64,000 nucleotides of DNA from assembly GCF_006345805.1 (NCBI RefSeq), contig NC_043013.1, forward strand, positions 18,786,001 through 18,850,000. The letters run 5' to 3'. This document shows, in pieces, positions 28,246 to 39,796 of this stretch (positions within the stretch are counted from its first letter, which is position 1; every line of letters begins with the position of its first letter). The translations under genes were made by a program, and so were the position numbers. A model generated the notes under the pieces. The model saw nothing but the letters and a program-made list of their open reading frames with translations. It had not been told where the DNA came from and made no database searches. Origin of the DNA: Octopus sinensis. Its lineage: Eukaryota.

Positions 28246-30794
28246 TTATTTTTATTTATATTCAATTATTCACTGGTTTATCCTGGTTTTGTGTTTTGAC
28301 GCGTAGTCAATTCTTAGTATTTTTCTTAAACTCCAAACTTAGGAACTATCTACCTATTTCCTCTCAGGTGTACTCTCCTATATGTATGTGAGACATACTC
28401 CACGTTGGATACTAAGAATATTTAAACACCTGTTAACGGGGGGTGCTATACCTGCTTGCTCGACTTGTTAGTAATAGTTACCAAATCACCGTCGAACTAT
28501 AACATACCCTCATGAAAAAAGCATGGCTACGTTCAATAATGTTGTCATGCAATATATTATGAGGTTATTAAGGGTAGAATAACTTTGATTATCAATCTGT
28601 TTGATTGATATGAAGTTTGTGAAATGAATTTATTTATCATTCATGCTTTTCTCCAGATCATGAACAAGACTTAATTAATTGCTTCGAATAACTACCAGCA
28701 GTTGACATTTATTAGTTGCAAGTCAATAATCATCACATAAATCAATAATCTAAGACACCCCACCCGAAACCACTCCATAGTATTGAATACTTTACTCACG
28801 TGACCTGGTGATTATAGTATTGCATTCATGATAGAAAGCTCGTGGTTTCGTTTCCCACAGGGGATGCTGCATTATGTTATTGAGCAAAGCATTTCGATTC
28901 TCGTTGCTCCAGTCCACTCAGCTGTAAGTAGATAAACCTGCGACAGACTGGCATCTAAGAGGAATGTTGTGATCACCATGGAAACCGGATCACTGGTCTT
29001 ATGATTTCTAACACTCGAGGCAGTAATGTCCAGGAGCTGATGATGAGGACGATAATGACAGACGGTATCGGGTAATTTCACGGAGAAAAAATTGGTATTT
29101 CTAGCAAGTCGAGTGAGCAGGTATAGGATCCACTGTTGTCTTGTGTTTGAGTATTCTCAAAAGAGCTGAGGCCAGAGATTATTATCGTTGGTCAATATCG
29201 GATTAAAAGAGGGTACCATAAAATGGTAGAATAAGCTGAAGGGGAGGGGATTGATATTTCTTATTTACTCTTTTCCAAAGGACCAGTCCGAAACATCAAT
29301 TGTACCCCATAAAACCCATGCCCCTACCTCCACAAATCAAAAATGAAGTGTCTCTTCGTGGTCATTTCTTTTTTAGTTAGAAATAGTTGTCAAATCTTTT
29401 TCAAATCACACTCTAGGAGAATGCGATATCTGTATGCAGGGTATTGTAATCCTGGGTACTTGAAACAAAGACGGATTAGTCACGGTTTAACCGTCTCTCC
29501 TTATGGCCAGCTCAATGATGGCTGACCGAGAACAATATGACAGCGTTTTTTAAACAAAATAATACTGAATTAGATCAAAAGTTGAACTCTATTAAATCTC
29601 TTCCGTTCAGTAGTGAATGGCAAATTTCTATGCACTGTGGTAGTCATCACAACCTCCAACAACAATAACAACACCAGTTCCACCATCACTAGCTCTACCC
29701 CACCTACTTCCACTACCACCAGCTCCATCAACTCCAACCCACCTCATCGCCAATACCAATAATAACAACACCTGAACTTTGGATATCATGAGCAGAGTTC
29801 ACACTTCTGAAAATATTCGGGACAGTCTCTTGATCTGAAGATAATTTTCTGCCTCTACAATTCTCTATTCCGTCTATTCCCGGAATGCCTGTGGAAGAGG
29901 CAAGCGTGCTGCTCTTTTTCATAACAAAAAGGTAAGGTCGATCTTCAGAAAACTAAAACTGCATCACGGTTTCAGTTCAATTCTAGTTTAAAAACATTCT
30001 AATTCACTTACATTCCACCACTCGCCATATATATTCCCTCACTCGTCATTTACCTCTCTTCTCGAGAGCGTATGAGAACTCTTTCCATTTTCCTAAAATT
30101 TAAACCCATGTTTTCATCGTTCGTTACAAAAGCAAATTATTCCTACGCCTTTATAAAAATGATTTAATCGATGAGCGTGGGCAGTGGTGGTGGTAATGGA
30201 TCAGTGCTTTTTGTTTTTGTTGGGGGTGTCTCCAAAACTTGCGAGTGGAATGTGGAAAGTATTCTCAGACTATGATCTTAACAGGCTGTCCGCAACAGCG
30301 TGGACTCTGTTAAAAGCAGCCAAAGGTCCAGAGGCTCTTTTGTCAGCGACGCGAACCATATTGAAGAGAAATATGTTTAAATATGTTAAACCAAGCGACA
30401 AATTAATTGAAACGCCATTGTACTTGACTAAATAACAATCTGCTGTGATTATTTCAAACAGAACTAAATTTTCTCCTTTGAAGTTACAACTAGACACAAA
30501 ATGAATGATTGTTGCGAAATTAGTTAGAAAATCTTCAAACAGTTTCAAATAACAACACCAGATAATTTACTGAGTGGTTAAGGAAGTAAAATTTAATTAA
30601 GCTGGGGCGGTTTGTGTCAATGTTCGAGGTGAATGAGAGGCCGTATCTTTGATAAAACATTATGGTCTGTAATAATAGCAATTAAGAGAATGTGGCTTTC
30701 GTGACATGGTTGTGTGTGTGTCGTCGTGTGTAGCCATCATTCATATCCTCATTTTAGATTGTACGACAGGAAGAGCGAAAGAGAGAGAGAGAGA

Positions 30795-31526
30795 GGAAGA
30801 GAGAGGGGGTTGAGAGAGAAGAAGCGAGAGAAAAAGAGAGAAATAGATAGAAAGACTGAGAGAGGGAAAGGAGATAGTAGAAATAATGACAAAAAGACCA
30901 ACAAAGAACGGAAGAATTACTGTGTAGTCTATAAGAAGGATAGTAACAATGTGGGAGAGTTAGCGACGGATCGATAGAAATATATATAGAGAGAGTGAAA
31001 AACAGTGTAGGAGGGACGGATAGATAGTGGTTGAATGAGAGAGAGAGAGAGAGAGAGACAAAGAGATAGAGAAAAGTGACAGGCAGTAGAGAATAATTAA
31101 AAAGAGAAAAATTGATAGATAGCGGGTGGGCAGAGTGTGACTAAAAGAGAGATAGAGAGAGAGAGAGAGAGAGAGGAAGAGAGAGGGGGTTGAGAGAGAA
31201 GAAGCGAGAGAAAAAGAGAGAAATAGATAGAAAGACTGAGAGAGGGAAAGGAGATAGTAGAAATAATGACAAAAAGACCAACAAAGAACGGAAGAATTAC
31301 TGTGTAGTCTATAAGAAGGATAGTAACAATGTGGGAGAGTTAGCGACGGATCGATAGAAATATATATAGAGAGAGTGAAAAACAGTGTAGGAGGGACGGA
31401 TAGATAGTGGTTGAATGAGAGAGAGAGAGAGAGAGAGACAAAGAGATAGAGAAAAGTGACAGGCAGGTAGAGAATAATTAAAAAGAGAAAAATTGATAGA
31501 TAGCGGGTGGGCAGAGTGTGACTAAA

Positions 31527-31540
<14 letters not shown>
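30795..31540. repeat. Near-perfect tandem duplication of a ~380-bp purine-rich unit bounded by (GA)n
   Basis: ggaagagagagggggttgag starts at 30795 and 31175. The copies differ only by a 1-nt indel (aggcagtag vs aggcaggtag) as far as read by eye. Confidence 0.92.
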
Positions 31541-31599
<59 letters not shown>

Positions 31600-31730
31600 T
31601 GTAAATAAAGATAAAAATAGATGAATACATAGGCAGGGTGAAAAATAGAAAGAGTGAGGGATTGAAATTTCTAGAATCAGTGATAAAAATTGATAGTGAC
31701 AGAGAGCTAGAGGGCTGGAGAAAGAAATGT

Positions 31731-31791
<61 letters not shown>

Positions 31792-32974
31792 AGGGGATTG
31801 AGAGAGACAGAAATAAAGGACAGAGGAAAGAGAACAATATAAGTTCACATTTACTTCAAGAATTTTTGAATAAATAAATAATTTTTGCTTCAATTTATAG
31901 AATAATTTATTTATTTTTAATAATTTTCGCCAAAATGACGAAATCAGAGTAAATCGATCGTTGATTAATATTAATTAAAAATTCATTTAAAGCTATTTGG
32001 ATATTTAATCCAAGGATCAAATTACACATTTAACCGTCCATGTTATATGGTTACTAGTTATATTGTAAGGTAATACTGTATCGTTAATCAACACTACCCA
32101 CGAGACTAAAGACTGTAGCTTCGTGCCGACGTTGATTGATGTGTATTTGATTTCGGCGGTAAATTTTTGTTAATACCTGGATAAAAATGTCTAGAGACGC
32201 CTTCTGTATACAAACCACGCAATAACAGTTGGTGCTGACACGCTTAATGTAGTGAATCAAGATATATGAACTGTAATTACAATCGCGTTAAGAGAGTAAG
32301 AATATAATTATTTTTTCTTTCATTTTTTTCTCGGCACAAGGCCCCAAATTTGGGGTGAGTGGGAGCCAGTGGATTAGATCTACTTCAGTATGCAACTGGT
32401 TTTTAATTTACCGATCCCGAAAGAATGAAAGGCGAAGTTGACTTCGGCGGAATTTGAACTCAAAGCGTAAAGTCAGACGCAATACCTATTTCTTTACTAC
32501 CCACAGGGGACTAAACACAGACGGGACAAACAAGGACAGACAAACGAATTAAGTCGATTATATCGACCCCAGTGCGTAACTGGTACTTATTTAATCGACC
32601 CCGAAAGGATGAAAGGCAAAGTCGACCTCGGCGGAATTTGAACTCAGAACGTAGCGGGACACGAAATACCGCTAAGCATTTCGCCCGCGTTCTAAAGTTT
32701 CTGCTAGCTCACCTTATATATATATATAAAATTAATTAAGGGTAGAAATTGATATTTATCAATTAAGACCAGTGGTCTAGCATATTAAAAAAGAATCCGA
32801 AGATTAAAATATTTATATATACCAATTAAGGACTGAACACGAAAAGTGGACAGTCAACATGCTAGATATAGACGTCAAATCGCCATTCACCACAAAAGAT
32901 TATGTTCTCAGATCAAACTCAACACAAAACCATAGCAACAAACAAGTGAAAAATATACGAAATAAAATAATTAC

Positions 32975-33039
32975 CCATGTACTAAATTAGTTTCAGCTGT
33001 TATTTTCCGCAAGGAAAACTGCAGCCATCATCAGCATGG
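32975..33039 (-). ncRNA. Type I hammerhead ribozyme (mirror copy of 33068-33132)
   Basis: Exact reverse complement of the + strand motif. Confidence 0.88.
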
Positions 33040-33067
33040 TCCGTTATAATGGTCCGTTTATAACGGA

Positions 33068-33132
33068 CCATGCTGATGATGGCTGCAGTTTTCCTTGCGG
33101 AAAATAACAGCTGAAACTAATTTAGTACATGG
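33068..33132 (+). ncRNA. Type I hammerhead ribozyme, canonical core boxes
   Basis: Stem I CCATG/CATGG, core CTGATGA (33073-79), one extra T, stem II GGCTG-[CAG]-TTTTCC-(TTGC)-GGAAAA-[TAA]-CAGCT, GAAA (33113-16), stem III ACTA-(ATT)-TAGT, cleavage triplet GTA (cut after 33127). Confidence 0.88.
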
Positions 33133-33432
33133 GTAATTATTTTATTTCGTATATTTTTCACTTGTTTGTTGCTATGGTTTTGTGTTGAGTTTGATCTGAG
33201 AACATAATCTTTTGTGGTGAATGGCGATTTGACGTCTATATCTAGCATGTTGACTGTCCACTTTTCGTGTTCAGTCCTTAATTGGTATATATATATATAT
33301 ATATATATATAGTACGTTTAAATATATGTTATATATGTTATAGTTATGTTGAAACAGGTTATACAGGAAAGTGCAGCATTGACGACAAAACATTTGTGTA
33401 GTAAATTCTAAAACTTTGGAGAAACGACAATT

Positions 33433-34021
33433 TTAGTTTAGCACATCAATATGGACAGAATAATAATTTTTATAAGAATGGGGTGGATCATATCTGAAAG
33501 CAGCTCCAGGAGTTGTGAAGAATGAATTTCTACGTGGTCTCTTTCTGAGAGCTTTTCTATTGGACCTCTGTGTAATCTGGCGCGTTAAACGTTGTTTTAA
33601 TGATTCAGCATTAAGGGCAGCATCATGCTTTTGCTGATCTTGGGAAAGTCTCATCTCCCTTCTCTCTCGAGACTCCATCAGACGTGCTGTAGCAGGCTTT
33701 TGCTGATCTTGGGAAAGTCTTATCTCGCTTCTCTCTTGAGACCCCCATCTGATGTGCTGTAGCATGACTTTGCAGATTTTGAGAACGTCTCATCTCCCTT
33801 CTCTCTTGGGACTCTATTCGACGTACTGCAGCATGACTTTGTTGATCCTGAGAAAGTCTTATCTTCCTTCTCTCTTGAGACTCCATCTGATGTGCTGTAG
33901 CATGCCTTTGCTGATCTTGAGAAAGTCTCATATCCCTTCTCTCTTGAGACTCTCGCCATTGGTTTTCTGCAATCCTCCTTGCTTGATAGATGGAGAGATT
34001 ACGGTTTTTCTTCGGTGGCAT
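33433..34021 (-). mobile_element. Helitron Rep-helicase N-terminal fragment with ~23-aa charged repeats
   Basis: MPPKK start, repeated ESQERRxxRLSQDQQxHA units (~69 nt), then (after a frameshift) AAFRYDP...VHIDVLN, which resembles the AF(R/N)YDP...IG.M segment that follows such repeats in metazoan Helitron ORFs. Confidence 0.75.
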
Positions 34022-34843
34022 ATTTTGTTTTTCAATTTTGTAATCAAAACATTATTAACATTGAAAAAATATACATTAATCTCTATTTTTGTAAGCAGTT
34101 TTATGTATGTAGTATGTTTGTATATTTGTATTCAGTGTAAATTAACCAAATATAACCAAATACTTTGCAACCATGCAAATGCTGCGCTAATTATAAACTG
34201 GTAACTGAACAGGGAATGTGTACTTTTATATATACCTTGGACGTGGCATCTAATTCTTTTTTGTCAAGATTTTCACCTCCAGCCGTTCTTGTCACATAGG
34301 TATATGTATTTTTTGTGTTAAATAACGTACGTATCGAACGCGCAAATACTTAGACACACACATATTCATAAACAAAATACACATACATATACACATTCAC
34401 ATACAGTTACATACATATAGTAAGAGAGACACATACAGTCATGCATTCACGCATTTCAATCGTCACATATCTATATGTATGTGTATATGTATGTGTACAT
34501 TTAATAACGTGTCTAATGCGGAAACACACAGAGTCATAGAGACATACACGTTCATACACTCACAGACACATACACACTCATATACAAAATGTGACATTAT
34601 CGTCGTCGTGATATAAAATGTCCTGTACTATAATTAACTATAGAAAGATTATCTCTATAAAATGTTATATTGTTTTAACGAAATGAAAAAAATTACACGT
34701 TAACACACGTAGGGTGTGATACTATTACCTTGTAAAATTAGATTTGATTTGGTGGAGCCATTTGATATATATAGATATATATAGATTAACCAAATAGAAG
34801 CACATGTACAAACTGCTAATTTTACAATAATTATTATATATAA

Positions 34844-34906
<63 letters not shown>

Positions 34907-35320
34907 GAAGCACATGCATAAAATATTAATTGAAGGGTTAATATATAACTGTAAATAACTTGAAACATTGCATCTGCTGCGATAGTTATTAACTGATACT
35001 TGACCGGTAAATGTTTATTGTTATATACCTTGGACTTAGTGCTAGCACATTAAAATTAAAAGTGAAAGAATAAAAGTGAAACAATATTATAATCTTACCA
35101 CAGAATTAAGAGTGAAACAATATTCATTTTTGACACGTAATACCGAACCAGTCTAAAAGATTGCTTCGCGTCCGCACTGGGCCAGAAGTTGAAATTTCTT
35201 TGGCCCATGACACACTTGACCATAAGTAATGCATGTGTAAAATTTGAAGGAAATCATGTGTGAAGACCTCGACTTTTAGAGATTCATACATACAGACATA
35301 CAATCTCAGTTTTATATATA

Positions 35321-35368
<48 letters not shown>

Positions 35369-35489
35369 CTAGATAGATATATAAATATACATACATATAT
35401 ATGCATTTATTTATATATATATACATACATGCACATACATATATGTAATATATATATGCGCGTACATGCACATGCCACTATGTAATATA

Positions 35490-35538
<49 letters not shown>

Positions 35539-35637
35539 ATATATATGTATACATACATAAGTATATATATATATATATATATACATATAGGAAAAGTAAA
35601 GAAGCGAAAACGCACAATAGAGATTAAAAAATAAAGG

Positions 35638-35997
35638 CTTTTGGAGGCTACAGACTTCCACTTCAAACAAGGTGAAATATTTAAGATTAAATGAAATTTC
35701 ACCTGTGGCTCGGAAAACCTAGTCTAAGCCATTTCCTGCTTAGGATGCGGTAATCAATATATTGACCAATCAGGAATATCACTCGGTCGAAGAACCAGCC
35801 TTCACAAAGAACAAATCCGTGACCCACAATACAGACAGGTCAGTGAACACATAGAAAAATGTGCTAGGAATCTTAATCCTGACTTCCTAATTTTCTCCTT
35901 CTATCAATGTTCACAGAACACCTCAGGAGAGCAAAGAATAAACGAAGAGGCAACTTTCATCAATAAATTCTATCCACAACTTAACATGAACACTTAA
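35638..35997 (+). pseudogene. GIY-YIG endonuclease domain remnant of a Penelope-like retroelement (3' end of the ORF)
   Basis: Frame from 35641: LEATDFHFKQGEIFKIK*NFTCGSENLV*AISCLGCGNQYIDQSGISLGRRTSLHKEQIRDPQYRQVSEHIEKC...RINEEATFINKFYPQLN*. It matches the PLE pattern TC.S.NL(I/V)Y.I.C..C...YIGQT...L..R...H...SEH...R...E..FI..F.P.LN. In-frame stops at 35692 and 35725. Not present in the ORF track. Confidence 0.85.
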
Positions 35998-36657
35998 TAC
36001 AGAACACTACTAACCTTAGCAATAACACCACTAGCTCCCATACATCCCATAAATCTTTCTTATTACAGTATTATATTTACCCTAAATGCACCACAACCAG
36101 AACTACTTACCTCCCTTACACATAATCTTTTTACTTAGGGACTACACCGTTTCATAATCGGTGCGCATTCAAAGCCAGTGAACAGTAATTGACGAAATCG
36201 GTATGACTTCGAATCCCTTTAGCAATTCATAATAATGACTTTTACTCCTTTTAATTCTACCTTAGTTCATCTAATTGTAAATATTTATCGTATTTTTCAT
36301 TAAAAAAAAACCCTTTATTGTTTTGATATCCAATGTGCATTTTGCTTTTTTTCTTCTTACTTTCCCCATATCTCTTCCACGAGTAGTTTCTATTTACTTT
36401 TTGAAATATATTTCTATTATATATTTTACTACTACTATTAATTTTTGTTACTATAATCATTTCTTAAATATAGCTACGAAACACGTGTCGTTATTCTACC
36501 AAATATATACGTTATTATTATCATTTTGGAATCTACTTAATCATCGGTATATCATTGATATTTTATTTTTAATATTTCTATTTTATGTAATTTTCTAGAT
36601 GGTGTAATTTAATTGTTCAATTTGAATTGATAAAAGATGTTTTTTCTAATTTATATA

Positions 36658-36721
<64 letters not shown>

Positions 36722-36734
36722 ATGTATATATATA

Positions 36735-36913
36735 TTGGTAAAACGGTAAGATAACAAAAAGAAAGAAAGAGACCTCAATATTAGGCAAATAGGGGAAATT
36801 TATCTATGAAATAATATGTTACAATTATTCAATAGTCAAGATAAAACTCTGAGTTTCGGATGCCGAAGTGGAAATCCACAACATCATCTCTTCGGTTATC
36901 TGGTCATCTCTTG
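36735..36913 (-). mobile_element. Penelope-like pseudo-LTR fragment (family 2) ending in (TA)n
   Basis: Shares tail ttggtaaaacggtaagataacaaaagaaagaaagagacctcaatatt with 38635-38831 and, more distantly, 59550-59690. Contains a hammerhead. Confidence 0.75.
36839..36901 (-). ncRNA. Type I hammerhead motif (U4C variant)
   Basis: Minus strand: AGATAA CCGAAGA GATG-[ATGTT]-GTGG(ATTT)CCAC-[TTCGG]-CATC C GAAA CTC-A-GAG TT TTATCT. Stem I is 6 bp, stem III is the quasi-palindrome ACTC-A-GAGT, and the triplet is GTT. Confidence 0.72.
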
Positions 36914-38582
36914 ATACATACGTACATACATACATACATACATACATACATACATACATACATACCTATGTTGTGTTGAATGAACCCTAACTGATTTAAT
37001 GTCAAAATACACACCTGAACAGGATGGTTCCTTAATGATAATCTGGGGCAGCAGTGAGTCTTCATAAGTAATCAGGTAGCAGTAGTTAGAGACGAAACTG
37101 TCTTTCGCTTCATAGTAGACACTATTGTTGAAAAATAATCGCGAAGGGAAACTAGCAGGTTTAGTGATTTTTACAAACGAATGAAAGAACGCAACCACGA
37201 AGTGAAGTAATGATAAAATCTGTTTCACTTCCAGTACATTCTCAGGTCACGTTAGTAATTATCACGTAATCTTGGTTGTTTGTATTCTTCATTCGCCAAA
37301 ACTTCGTTTTACAGATGCCGGATTTAAAAACCATTTTGTCAGGAGGAAACAGAGAGCGTCCATTATACTTTCCTGCTCTTTTTTATCATGCACTCTGGGT
37401 ATTGCTTGGAGGAAGCAATAAGTTATTGCCGAAAGGGATAGCTAGCTTGAAGGGTTGCAACAGATTAGACTCAACGAAAGTTACCCAAGACGCACGTGGT
37501 AGTGTTAAACCGGGTAACGACAGAGTGGATATCTCTAAAACTACCCATGGATCAGATCGTGGTGTTAAACCGGATGACAACAGATTAGATTCTACAAGTG
37601 TACTCGAGGAGAAAGTGGTCTCTCTGTTGAAAGTGTTGGTGGATTAAATCTGCTATCAGGGAACCCAGACAATTTAAATATCACGGAATCATCTATTCCC
37701 GATTCCGGTTAACTATACCCTGGGGTAAAACTTTATTTGTTGACTTTGAGATGACGAAAGATGACCGCGGCGTAGAGAGTCTGAACAAATCCGTTAAGTC
37801 ATTCTATTCTACACTCTAATGAGTGTCAATTGACCACATGTCAGGGTCAGTTAGCCAATCAGGTTTGGCTAATTAATTTGATTCAAAGGATAATTGAAAA
37901 TCAGCTACAAATCGTATTTCAACAACTTCAGATTCGCAGCACGAATTGAATAACTAATAATGCTAGTTGCTTATCTATCTATCTATCAATCCATCTATGT
38001 ATGTATGTATGTACAGGAACATAGGAGATGGACACAAGAGGTGTTGGCGGTCGGCAGTCAAACCAAGAAAGGAAGTTCATGACTGGCCGGACACGGGTCG
38101 CATGCATGTAGGGGGCAGCAGTATTGAAGGATTAGAAAAAAATCTGAAACAAGGGCAAAGTTACAGGGGAGATAAACGAGGAGTAAAAATGGGAGTTAAA
38201 GAAAGAGAGAGGGGGAGCGAGAAAAAGAAAAGACGAGAAAAGTATGAGGGGGACTAAAAGATAGAATAAAAGCGTCGTACAAAATTTAGATACATACCTA
38301 CTACAGGGTGAGCACAAGTGTGTACGTACGCCGCTATAGGTATATTTATATATATGAAAATGGAACAAAAACGCAATAGAGGACAATAAAACGTTCGGAC
38401 AGATAGACGATACAAAGGCAGACAGGAGAAACAGCATTGAGAAGGACAGGAAAAGAAGACGGGTCACTCCCGGCACTTCTTTCCTCAGTCAAGTAACCAG
38501 AAGTCCTTACTGTTCGGGCAGTTATACTTGCGACAGTTCGATCTTGTTGCCACCAAAAAGTCTAAGCTAAGAGCATTAGATT

Positions 38583-38634
<52 letters not shown>

Positions 38635-38638
<4 letters not shown>

Positions 38639-38831
38639 TAAAAACGGTAAGATAACAAAAGAAAGAAAGAGACCTCAATATTATGTAAATAGAGGAATTT
38701 ATCTGTAAATATAATATGTATAACGGTCTTTTTTCATAGCGTTTTTCCGATGGTTGGATAACTAAAGAGATGGTAGTGTGGATTTCCGCCTCGAGATCCG
38801 AAACTCAGTTTTATCTTGGCTACCGAATGGT
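38635..38831. mobile_element. Penelope-like pseudo-LTR (family 2) with inverted tail plus hammerhead arm
   Basis: 38635-~38720 is the family tail in minus orientation, and ~38740-38831 is the hammerhead part in plus orientation. Both ends abut TA repeats. Confidence 0.75.
38757..38815 (+). ncRNA. Degenerate type I hammerhead (G5A, shortened stem III)
   Basis: GATAA CTAAAGA GAT...GTG GATTTC CGC...ATC C GAAA CTCAG TT TTATC. It is homologous to 36839-36901, and the two copies together give the consensus core CTGAAGA. Confidence 0.65.
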
Positions 38832-39290
38832 TATATATATATACATGTACGTGTGAGTGTGCGTGTTTGTGTGTTGATACAAGCACACCTGCCCAGGCGC
38901 ACAGATTGTATATCCTTGCCCCTATTTTCTTTCTCACTCTGTCTCTATATCTCCCTCTCTCTGTTTTCATATGTTTTCTGTTTACTTCTCATAACCTCTG
39001 TATGCCTTAGTCCCTCCACCCCAATGTCTGTTTAATTTTTACTAAGCCTTTCTAGTTATATTTACCCCTAATCATTCAATATTCAGTTTTATGTCATAAT
39101 ATATTCAGCATTGTTCCCCCGTCATTTTAGAAATATTATTTGCACTCCTTCAGCCCCTCTTTCCTTCACACACTCACTCACTCATTCACCTGCTCACTTA
39201 TTCACTCACTCATTCAGCCACACACACACCCTCACACTGATCCTCTCACTAACTCGTCTACCCATCTTATTCCTCTTTTCAGAGACCAGT

Positions 39291-39375
39291 ATGCAAAGCC
39301 AAGCCATAAGTTTGCTCCTTGCAGTATTTACCTTATATATAATCCAGGCTTACGGCAATGAAGCTCAGAAAATAC
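39291..39375 (+). CDS. LFRFa: LFRFamide precursor, first coding exon (signal peptide)
   Basis: MQSQAISLLLAVFTLYIIQAYG-NEAQKI has a hydrophobic core and an A-Y-G cleavage site. It is preceded by a branch point (ctaac ~39249), a polypyrimidine tract and AG at 39281-82, and followed by the donor GTGAGT at 39376. The phase-1 intron joins the 44480 exon in frame. Confidence 0.85.
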
Positions 39376-39672
39376 GTGAGTATATATATATATATGCGAT
39401 TGATATCATACATATACACATCCGTTCAATTATACATCGATACTGGCTAACTGTCGTAGTCAGCTTGTGTTTGTTTTTTTCAATGTGTGTGTGTATGTGT
39501 GTGTATGTGTGTGTGCGTGGACGTGCGTGTGCTTGGGTACAGTTGTCAGTTGCGAAATATATTAGTTGTTTGTTATGAAACATGAAAGTACTTGTGATAT
39601 TGTTAATATGTAATGTAAGATTGTAAACAGGAGAATAAAATGCAAAAATCAGGTAATGTCGGAATTTGATTG

Positions 39673-39755
<83 letters not shown>

Positions 39756-39796
39756 TTTTACAAACCCCGAATCAATATACATATATATATATATAT

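Larger units (their letters stand above)
32729..33290. mobile_element. Head-to-head inverted pseudo-LTR pair of a Penelope-like element (perfect 228-bp arms) between (TA)n tracts
   Basis: 32821-33048 is the exact reverse complement of 33059-33286 (compared base by base), with a 10-nt spacer. Each arm carries a hammerhead, and both outer ends run into (TA)n. The PLE assignment is inferred from this architecture. Confidence 0.8.

Noticed and set aside
30184-30548. Overlapping ORFs in unique sequence (including a KR-ASGPLAAF... stretch on the minus strand)
   Set aside because: No signal peptide, amidation Gly, recognisable domain or clear splice sites.
35692-35694. In-frame TGA in the GIY-YIG remnant as possible selenocysteine
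   Set aside because: It does not fall at a conserved Cys position, a TAA also interrupts the frame at 35725, and the catalytic Gly of YIG is mutated. Simple decay is more likely.
36183-36230. Hammerhead-like TTGACGA...CGAAT downstream of the GIY-YIG ORF
   Set aside because: GAAA is mutated, and no convincing stem III, cleavage triplet or stem I partner was found. At most a heavily decayed relic.
36896-37228. Minus-strand ORF with a hydrophobic N-terminus
   Set aside because: It starts at GTG, runs into a microsatellite, and has no recognisable homology or splice support.
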